Below are positions 9,355-15,915 of a DNA stretch of 64,000 nt, one piece after another. Source of the DNA: Conexivisphaerales archaeon (GTDB lineage: Archaea > Thermoproteota > Nitrososphaeria > Conexivisphaerales > DTJL01); contig DATKKG010000017.1 in NCBI GenBank assembly GCA_035543015.1, forward strand, positions 92,755 to 156,754. Reading direction: 5' to 3'. The position numbers and the translations under genes are program-made. The notes below the pieces were generated by a model. The model ran no database searches. It was not told the origin of the DNA and worked only from the letters and a program-made list of their open reading frames with translations. The stretch's first letter is position 1; each line of letters opens with the position of its first letter.

Positions 9355-9546
9355 CTAGTGGTTTTCAGCCGAAGCCTCCACTGGGACGTAGCAGGTCTTG
9401 TTGCGTCCGGTCCTCCTGTCCAACGGATGCCGGTACCTGTAGTAGCTGTACTTCCTCTCAGGGTTATTGCCGGTGCGGACTACGATGTCGGGCTTCCAGC
9501 AAGGGCGGCCGCACTTCGGGCACTTGATCAGCTCCTGCCGCGGCAT
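9355..9546 (-). CDS. small zinc-ribbon protein (paralog of 25573..25866)
   Basis: 63 aa: MPRQELIKCPKCGRPCWKPDIVVRTGNNPERKYSYYRYRHPLDRRTGRNKTCYV. It shares the pattern KCPKCG-x3-W-x-P-x5-RTG-x-NPE...Y-x-Y..RH...R(T)..NK-x-CY with the 25.6 kb ORF. Confidence 0.5.
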   Translation of the reverse strand: MPRQELIKCPKCGRPCWKPDIVVRTGNNPERKYSYYRYRHPLDRRTGRNKTCYVPVEASAENH

Positions 9547-9695
9547 ACATGCATGCTCGTCCTATGCGTACTTAAGGTGCTCATCTGTTGAGGGGGTTTC
9601 TTGCGTTTCTTGCCACACCCTCAAGTTCTCCCGGGTGTTGTCCATTCAAGGCGCGGAATCAGGCACGGATCTTCCACCTGCAAAGCTGCGCCGTT

Positions 9696-9780
9696 GGTGT
9701 TGAGCGCTCCAAATGCCGTCCGCCAAGGTCGTCAGGATAAACGGAAAACCGGCGGCATGTCAAGAATCGCGCTCAACACC
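9696..9780. repeat. 12-bp perfect inverted repeat GGTGTTGAGCGC (61 nt) GCGCTCAACACC
   Basis: Arms at 9696-9707 and 9769-9780. An inner second stem is possible (ATGCCG/CGGCAT). It lies in the 410-nt non-coding stretch upstream of the Zn-ribbon ORF. Confidence 0.85.
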
Positions 9781-9937
9781 TAACCAATCCCCATTGCCTG
9801 CCGGACAATTGGTTTCCCTCCGTTGCGCGCGGTGGGGCAAGGGTGTTGTCCACGGTCGCCCAACGCCTTCCCTCGTGGGCCGCGCGGGTGCGGATCGCGG
9901 GCAGATCCGTACGGAGAGGGGAACACTGGCGCAAGAA

Positions 9938-9957
9938 AAAAACTAGGAAGCACACAA
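9938..9957 (-). repeat. repeat copy C (reverse complement of copy B)
   Basis: The plus strand reads AAAAACTAGGAAGCACACAA. On the minus strand it starts 1 nt after the HEAT gene stop and ends in a T7 run. Confidence 0.9.
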
Positions 9958-9958
9958 C

Positions 9959-10789
9959 CTACGCCCCACCCACCGACAAAACCCTGCGTAACTGCCTGAT
10001 TTCGTTCGGGTACTTCAGAAGCCTCTTCTTTGTCAGGTTCTCGTTGATGACCGAATAGACGTCTGAATCGTGCCAGGAAACAAGACGCGCCATCAGGGCA
10101 AACCCCTCCTTGGGAGATGCCGCCACGACGACGGAGAGCGAATATGAGAGCCCTTTCTTGAGGACCTTGAAGTCGTCACCCTTCCGGTCCATCCCTTTCA
10201 GTCTTTCGAAGATGGCCTCGTGGAGCCTGATGGCCGCCCTGGCCACGAAGCCCTCATGAAGAAGCCTCGGTTCGGCCACACCGGCTGCCACAGCTCTCAG
10301 GACCAGCGGATCTCCCTCCTCGGCCCAGTCTGAGAGCAGTGCCAAGGTCTGCTTCGGGCGGCTCTCGATGAGCCTCTGGAGGGCCATCGCGACCCCCTCC
10401 CTCGTCCTCCACCTGGGGTCCCTCGCCATCTCCCGGAGCGTTGACACGGCGGCCGGGAACCCCTCCTCCTCCGTCCCAACGGCTCCAAGGCCGCAGACCC
10501 CGCAGAACACGAGGTACTCATTGGGATCGTTCGTCGGCGCAAGCTCGGCCGGGATGCCGCATAGGCTCTGGCAGAGGGACAGCAAGGCCTTTCGGTCGAA
10601 CGCGCCGGAAGAGCAGCCGCTCTGGATGACGTTGGCAAAGGCGGTCGCGAGCTCCAGGTTCCCCCGGGGGCCGGGGAGGCCGCTCCTCTGCAGCAGGTAG
10701 GCCCTGATCGTTGAGAAGTCCCCTCCCCTCGAATACTCCCAGAAGAGGGACCAGAGCTCCCTCTCGTATTCCCTGACCTTCTTTCCCAT
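9959..10789 (-). CDS. HEAT-repeat protein, DNA alkylation repair (AlkD/COG4335-like) family
   Basis: 276 aa all-helical repeat protein. SGLPGPRGNLELATAFA and the C-terminal WHDSDVYSVINENLTKKRL resemble that family from memory. Confidence 0.55.
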   Translation of the reverse strand: MGKKVREYERELWSLFWEYSRGGDFSTIRAYLLQRSGLPGPRGNLELATAFANVIQSGCSSGAFDRKALLSLCQSLCGIPAELAPTNDPNEYLVFCGVCGLGAVGTEEEGFPAAVSTLREMARDPRWRTREGVAMALQRLIESRPKQTLALLSDWAEEGDPLVLRAVAAGVAEPRLLHEGFVARAAIRLHEAIFERLKGMDRKGDDFKVLKKGLSYSLSVVVAASPKEGFALMARLVSWHDSDVYSVINENLTKKRLLKYPNEIRQLRRVLSVGGA

Positions 10790-10836
10790 CGCTTGCCGCC
10801 CTACGAAGGGCGTTGCCCCTTTTCTGGGTATCTCCC

Positions 10837-10850
10837 ACTAGGAAGCACCC
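10837..10850 (-). repeat. repeat copy D: GGGTGCTTCCTAGT without T run
   Basis: The plus strand reads ACTAGGAAGCACCC. It lies about 50 nt upstream of the HEAT gene start, and the flanking CTGGGT/ACCCAG (10824-10829 / 10847-10852) can pair. Confidence 0.8.
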
Positions 10851-10908
10851 AGGTCACGAGACGAATGTCTAGCAAGCTTAATAGTAGACCAAACCGAGTT
10901 CGGCGTTC

Positions 10909-11292
10909 GTGAGCACCATTCCCGTGCTGCTGAGCCAGAACGCGGCAGACCGACTCAAGAGCATAATCTCAGAGGGCAAGTACAAGGCCATTCGTTTCGC
11001 CATGCAGCAGAACGATAGGGGACAAGTGTCCCCCAGCATGTTTCTGGTCGACGAAGTCCCCGAGGGGGACACGATCTACAACGACAAGGGCATCGCCGTC
11101 CTGATGGATAAGACCACCGCGGAGGTCCTGGACGGCGCCGAGGTGGACCTGGTCAGAGAGGGCGAGGACGAGCACTTCGTCCTGACCGGCGGCCTCACGA
11201 GCGACTGCGGCTGCGGAGCGGAAGCAGGTGGGTCCTGCGGATGCGGTTGCGGATGCGGCGACGAGCACTCCTTCCAGCAGGACAACGCCTAG
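10909..11292 (+). CDS. HesB/IscA-like iron-sulfur cluster insertion protein with Cys-Gly repeat tail
   Basis: 127 aa with IscA-like layout (LSQNAADRLKSII ... VLMDKTTAEVLDGAEVDLV). The C-terminus is DCGCGAEAGGSCGCGCGCGDEHSF in place of the usual CGCG-SF. Confidence 0.65.
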   Translation: MSTIPVLLSQNAADRLKSIISEGKYKAIRFAMQQNDRGQVSPSMFLVDEVPEGDTIYNDKGIAVLMDKTTAEVLDGAEVDLVREGEDEHFVLTGGLTSDCGCGAEAGGSCGCGCGCGDEHSFQQDNA

Positions 11293-11485
11293 CTGGATTC
11301 CACCAATATCGTACTCGATATCGAGCTCGTCATCCGGTCCCCCCACCGGGACCCGGGCTACTGGTCCTGCATCGACATGGAGACGTCACCTGTGCCCAGG
11401 AGGCCTCGTCAGGTATGTTGGTGGCCCTGGACATCATGGTCCATTCGCGAAAAGGCTATATCTTACCATCCTATGGTATGATGGT

Positions 11486-11653
11486 ATGAAGAAGTCCAAG
11501 GTCACCATAACCCTGTCGGAGGACCTGCTGTCCGACCTGGATAGGCTGGTCAGGCGGCGCCAGGCCGAACAGGTGAAGGCGGGGCAGCTGGTGACCGCCA
11601 ACCGGAGCCAGGTCATAGAGGACCTCCTTCTGCAGTCGGTCAAACGACGATGA
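11486..11653 (+). CDS. ribbon-helix-helix (CopG/Arc-like) DNA-binding protein
   Basis: In-frame ATG at 11486 gives MKKSKVTITLSEDLLSDLDRLV..., a typical RHH N-terminal beta strand plus helix. TATA-like GGCTATATC about 30 nt upstream. The longer track ORF (11228) is probably not used. Confidence 0.6.
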   Translation: MKKSKVTITLSEDLLSDLDRLVRRRQAEQVKAGQLVTANRSQVIEDLLLQSVKRR

Positions 11654-11718
11654 TCCCCTCCCCCGGCAATGTTCTTAAGGGGCATCGCATTCCCGCCTGA
11701 GCCGAGGCCCGAACACCA

Positions 11719-12696
11719 TTGAACGGTAGAATTGTAGTGCAGGGCGGAGCCGGCAAGTGGACCGTCGAAGAATCGGCAGGGCTGAAGGCCGTCAAGGTCC
11801 TTAAGGAGGCGGCGGAGGCTGGCTCGTCGGCGCTCCGCACCGGGAGCGCAGTGGACGGGGTGGTCGCGGCCGTCAGAGTCATGGAGGAGTCGGGCGTCCT
11901 GAACGCCGGAAGGGGGGCTTATCCCAACTACGAGGGTATCCTCGAGCTGGACGCTGGAATAATGGACGGGGAGAGGCTGCTGGCCGGCGGGGTCGGGGCC
12001 GTCCGCGACGTGCCGCACCCGGTGGAATTGGCGAGGATCGTCATGGAGAGGACCGCACACGTCCTCCTCGTCGCAGGAGGCGCCGAGAAGCTGGCGGAGG
12101 CCTACGGGCTCAGGGAGAAGCTCGCTCCCACCAAGGAGAGGCTGGAGGCGTTCGACAAGGGCTGGAGGAGCTACGTCCATTCGCCCCAGACGGAGTGGCT
12201 CAGGAGGCTGGACCGGAACTACCTCAGGGCGGCGGAGCCGGGGGACACGGTCGGCGCAGTTGCGCTCGACCAGGACGGCAGGTTGGCGGCGGCCACCAGC
12301 ACCGGCGGAACCCCCTTCAAGCTCCCGGGCAGGGTCGGTGATTCGCCCCTTGCCGGGGCGGGGTTCTACGCCATGGGGAGCGTCGGGGCGGCGTCGGCCA
12401 CCGGGACGGGCGAGGTCATCATCAAGCACTCGCTCTCCATGAAGGCCGTCGAGCTCATGGCGGCGAAGGAGACCGCCTCGGCCGCGGCGAAGATGGCCGT
12501 CATCGACATGGGCAGGCTTTATGGCGACGACACCGGCGGCATCATAACCCTGGACAAGACGGGGAACGCGGGGCTCTACGCGAACACCCAGGCCATCGCG
12601 GTCGGCTTCTCCGGGGCCGGCCTGGACCCGTACGCGAAGATCGTCTACAGGGGAGACCTCGAGAGCTTCCGGCGCGCCCTCTCCAGGCGCATGTAG
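11719..12696 (+). CDS. isoaspartyl peptidase / L-asparaginase (Ntn hydrolase, plant type)
   Basis: Autoprocessing and active-site motif GDTVGAVALDQDGRLAAATSTGG. Confidence 0.9.
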   Translation: MNGRIVVQGGAGKWTVEESAGLKAVKVLKEAAEAGSSALRTGSAVDGVVAAVRVMEESGVLNAGRGAYPNYEGILELDAGIMDGERLLAGGVGAVRDVPHPVELARIVMERTAHVLLVAGGAEKLAEAYGLREKLAPTKERLEAFDKGWRSYVHSPQTEWLRRLDRNYLRAAEPGDTVGAVALDQDGRLAAATSTGGTPFKLPGRVGDSPLAGAGFYAMGSVGAASATGTGEVIIKHSLSMKAVELMAAKETASAAAKMAVIDMGRLYGDDTGGIITLDKTGNAGLYANTQAIAVGFSGAGLDPYAKIVYRGDLESFRRALSRRM

Positions 12697-13036
12697 GGGC
12701 TCTGTTGCGTCGTCGGTTGACTCAACGGCGAGGCGACCTGCCGGCAAGAAGGGATGCCCACACGCCTGAGCTAACGATGGAAGCCCTTCATCCCTTTCCC
12801 GCTGTCGACATGGTTCGTCCCAGCGAACTCGATCCCATTGCAGGTGAGTGCAAAGCATCACTGAAGAGCATGAATCAGAACGACGCCTTGATGGTCTTGG
12901 ATGACGGACCTCGTGGGACGTAGTCACGTTTCATCTGCAAATGCGACACAGACACTACGATCGGCCACCAACCTACAACGCGACGGAGCCTATGTAGGAA
13001 AGACTTAAGGCACCGAAGGCTCGGAGCTGGTCCGAA

Positions 13037-13387
13037 ATGGTACTTGTCAAGGTGAACAGGGTCAGCAGCCACACTGACGTTGAGACTGGGAAGCCTGGCA
13101 AGCAGATCGAATTGGTCGAGGTCAGGCGACGTCAGAGTCAGCGGCCCGGGATGCAGATAGGTGAGGAGGCGCAGATGGTGCAGGGGATCCTAAGCCAGAT
13201 GCAGAGCATGGGGGTCATGATGCCACAGATGAGGGACATGGTCCTGCCGAAGCTCACCGTCATCCTCTCGGAGGACGAGTACGACCTACTCGGCATCAGG
13301 TTCGAAGTGAACGACATGTACGAGCTGACCCTGAAGAACGGCACGTTCGAATTCAAGAAGGCTACAGAGACCGATTCTCCGTACTAG
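13037..13387 (+). CDS. hypothetical protein (Met/Gln-rich central segment)
   Basis: 116 aa ORF with coding-like composition. I recognise no family. Confidence 0.45.
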   Translation: MVLVKVNRVSSHTDVETGKPGKQIELVEVRRRQSQRPGMQIGEEAQMVQGILSQMQSMGVMMPQMRDMVLPKLTVILSEDEYDLLGIRFEVNDMYELTLKNGTFEFKKATETDSPY

Positions 13388-13781
13388 GCATCCCTTCAAG
13401 GAGCCTTCTCATTCCTGGGACAGCTTCCGACACCAGGGAGCCAGCCAGAAGCTCGGCCTCCCTGATCTGGGCTTCAGTCGCGCCGTCTACGTGAATCCCC
13501 ACCGATAGGACGACCGGAAGATCGAGAGAGGCGGCCATCTCGCCAGACAGCCTCCTGGCGAGCTCGTCCTCCTTGTGGCCCAGGCGCACGAGCACCGAGA
13601 CCGAGCTGCTCGTCTTGGAGCTGTCCTTGCGGCTGGGCCGGGGCTCGGCGAGGGCAACGGCCCCGACATGCGGTAGATCTCCGCCCGAGAGCGAAGCGAC
13701 CACCCCTCCTTTCATTACGACCGCGACTATGCTCGCGTCTATGCCCGACCTCGTCCCGGAAGCCTGGTACACTCGGCTCAT
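13362..13781 (-). CDS. hypothetical protein with GGDLPHVGAVA motif
   Basis: The track ORF (to 14066) has an Arg/Pro-rich implausible N-terminus that overlaps the opposite gene. The internal ATG at 13781 gives a 139 aa product. It may resemble LpdD-type decarboxylase accessory proteins, but that is a weak recollection. Confidence 0.4.
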   Translation of the reverse strand: MSRVYQASGTRSGIDASIVAVVMKGGVVASLSGGDLPHVGAVALAEPRPSRKDSSKTSSSVSVLVRLGHKEDELARRLSGEMAASLDLPVVLSVGIHVDGATEAQIREAELLAGSLVSEAVPGMRRLLEGMPSTENRSL

Positions 13782-13828
13782 TGCTAACCCAAGGTGTCGC
13801 CGCCAAGAGATAACCTTGTCTCCCCGCC

Positions 13829-14671
13829 TTGCGAGGAAACCCTTATGACGACTGCGAACGGATGCACTCCGGAAAGGGAATGTCGCGATACAAGGAGGTC
13901 TCAGAGGACATGGCGTACAGGCTGCTCTATCCGGCACCCGTTTACGTGATCTCGGCCGCCGCGGGCGAGGACGAGGACGCCCTCTCGGCCGTTTGGGTGA
14001 CCCCCGTCTCACAGAAGCCTGCGAGGGTGGGGGTGGCGATATCGCCGGAGAGGTACGTGTATTCACTAATAAGGAAGAGCGGGTTCTTCGCGATCAACAA
14101 GCTGCCGTTCCACCTGACGAAGCAGATGGCCTTCATCGGCGATGTGTCGAAGAGGTACCAGAAGAACAAGCTGGACCTGAGTGGCCTCCACATCGGGATC
14201 GGGAAGACCCGCGGAGTCAGGGTGATCAAGGAGGCGGACGCGGTGATCGAGTGCAAGGTCGCTTCCGTTCAGGAGATGGGTGACCATGACATGTTCGTGG
14301 GCGACATCCTCTCGTCTTACGCGACCCGCGACTTCGATGTCGTTTGGGACGTCGCGAAGCTCAGCTATGCAGTCTACGTCGGTTCCGTGGGCGACGGGGA
14401 CAGCGCACGGAGGCTCTTCGTCTCCCCCGCCGGCGACCTGGAACAGACGAAGTGGCCGCGCAGTGAAGCCGTCGCCAGGAGGAGCCGGGACCACAGGTTC
14501 CTTGAGGAAGCCTGCGTCGGGCTCAAGGGAAAGGACCTCCACGAAGCCGCGAAGCTGGCCTCTGCGAAGACCGGTGTGCGCTACGCGAACGCCCTCATGA
14601 TGCTTGAAGAGATGAGACGACAGGGGCTGGTACAGCTACGCGGACGCCTTGTCGCCTCGGACTTTGGTTAG
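13829..14671 (+). CDS. flavin reductase-like (FMN-binding split barrel) protein with C-terminal helical/wHTH-like extension
   Basis: YRLLYPAPVYVISA ... VWVTPVSQKPARVGVAISP ... DHDMFVGDI is typical of flavin reductase domain proteins. The true start may be the ATG at 13862 or 13880. Confidence 0.7.
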   Translation: MRGNPYDDCERMHSGKGMSRYKEVSEDMAYRLLYPAPVYVISAAAGEDEDALSAVWVTPVSQKPARVGVAISPERYVYSLIRKSGFFAINKLPFHLTKQMAFIGDVSKRYQKNKLDLSGLHIGIGKTRGVRVIKEADAVIECKVASVQEMGDHDMFVGDILSSYATRDFDVVWDVAKLSYAVYVGSVGDGDSARRLFVSPAGDLEQTKWPRSEAVARRSRDHRFLEEACVGLKGKDLHEAAKLASAKTGVRYANALMMLEEMRRQGLVQLRGRLVASDFG

Positions 14672-15115
14672 GTAGGCCGCGTATTCTCTTACGGCGCGCT
14701 GCTGCACCCTCCTCCTCAGCGAACCAGGCCTCAGCCTTCTCACTTCCTGGATTGCCTCTTCCGCGCCCAGGCCCTTCTCGCGGATCAAGTAGGCGCCCAG
14801 GACCATCCCTGTCCTTCCCATCCCCGCCAGGCAGTGGACAAGGACCTTCCCGTCCGACTGGGCCTTCACCAGGTCCACGGCTCGATCCAAGGCCTCGGGG
14901 TTCGCCCCCTCGAGGTTGACCATGGGCAGCCTGTAGACCTTGATGCCGATCTTCTCCGCGTACGACGAGCCTACGTCTTCGTCGGTCAGGCTGACTATCG
15001 AAGTCACACCCTCGCTCTTGAGCCACTTCAAGGCCCTATGGCTCCCGGGGAACCCGCTTCCGGCCAGGACGCCGGGGATCAGCCATGAGAAATTCGAGGG
15101 CCTCCCCACCACCAC
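14636..15115 (-). CDS. dual-specificity / tyrosine protein phosphatase
   Basis: Active-site loop VHCLAGMGRTG (HCxxGxxRT). Confidence 0.85.
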   Translation of the reverse strand: MVVGRPSNFSWLIPGVLAGSGFPGSHRALKWLKSEGVTSIVSLTDEDVGSSYAEKIGIKVYRLPMVNLEGANPEALDRAVDLVKAQSDGKVLVHCLAGMGRTGMVLGAYLIREKGLGAEEAIQEVRRLRPGSLRRRVQQRAVREYAAYLTKVRGDKASA

Positions 15116-15222
15116 AGCGTAACCCTTCCTGTAGATGGTGGAGAGAAAGTCAATGAGGGAGGTGGACCACAGAACGCGAACACGCCGCGCACGTTAATAT
15201 ACGTCTTGATTCGGAGTTCGCC

Positions 15223-15849
15223 TTGCCGTTGAAGCCAATCTATCTGATGGTATTGGCGGCCGGCCTGAGCATTCGCTTCGGTCGCAACAAGCTTGTCGAA
15301 GAAGTAGAAGGTGTGCCGATTGTTGCTAGAGTCGTGGGCGCCGGCCAGGCTGCTGGCCTCAAATCCACCGCCGTCGTCACAGGGCACGAACGCGATAAGG
15401 TCATCAAGGCGCTCTCCTCGATGCAGTTCGAAGAGGTGTTCAACCCGGACTACGCGCAGGGAATGAGCACCTCCATCCGGGCTGGGGTGGCCCACCTCAA
15501 GGACAAGGCCAGGGCGATCGTGATATCGCCTGGGGACATGGCGTTCACTACACCTCGACTCTATCGGATGGTTCTGGCCGAATTCGCAAGGTCCAGGAAC
15601 GATATCGTGGTCGCCTCTTTCAAAGGCAGGAACGGCCATCCCATACTCTTCGACCGGACCACCTACAACGACCTACTGAAGATAAGCGAAGAGAAGCGGG
15701 GCATGAAGGAGGTCGTCCAGAAGTTCAAAGATACGACGACCTATGTCGAGACCGCGACGCCCAGGGCCCTTCTGGACATCGATTACCAAGCCGACTTCGA
15801 AAGGGCCGCCAGGGAGCTGGAGCTCGAAAACCACCACCCCGAGAGGTAA
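15223..15849 (+). CDS. mocA: MobA/MocA-like molybdenum cofactor nucleotidyltransferase
   Basis: N-terminal LMVLAAGLSIRFGRNK nucleotide-binding motif. It lies divergent from the Mo-hydroxylase operon. Confidence 0.75.
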   Translation: MPLKPIYLMVLAAGLSIRFGRNKLVEEVEGVPIVARVVGAGQAAGLKSTAVVTGHERDKVIKALSSMQFEEVFNPDYAQGMSTSIRAGVAHLKDKARAIVISPGDMAFTTPRLYRMVLAEFARSRNDIVVASFKGRNGHPILFDRTTYNDLLKISEEKRGMKEVVQKFKDTTTYVETATPRALLDIDYQADFERAARELELENHHPER

Positions 15850-15915
15850 GAATCTTTGGTTAGGGCGGTCGGCACGTTTTCCGTCACAGAACTGCTCTGA
15901 CGGGCTTGACTATCC

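Noticed and set aside
9600-9930. Possible SRP (7S) RNA or RNase P RNA, based on the long GC-rich structured non-coding stretch and a GUCAGGAUAAACGGAAAACCGGCGGC segment that vaguely recalls SRP helix 8.
   Set aside because: I could not find the conserved SRP helix-8 motif set or the RNase P P4 sequence. A diverged paralog of part of the region exists at 25.4 kb, which does not fit a single-copy housekeeping RNA. It needs an Rfam scan to settle.
11486-11653. The RHH protein considered as the antitoxin of a type II TA pair.
   Set aside because: No adjacent small toxin ORF (PIN, RelE, MazF-like) is present on either side. The next gene is an asparaginase with its own spacing.
12777-12923. TusA/SirA-like small ORF (ELDPIAGECKASLKSMNQNDALMVLDDGPRGT) ending at an in-frame TAG. 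I considered a truncated sulfur carrier or a recoded stop.
   Set aside because: The match is short and gapped. The catalytic Cys-Pro is Cys-Lys, and the sequence after the TAG does not look TusA-like. There is nothing to support recoding.
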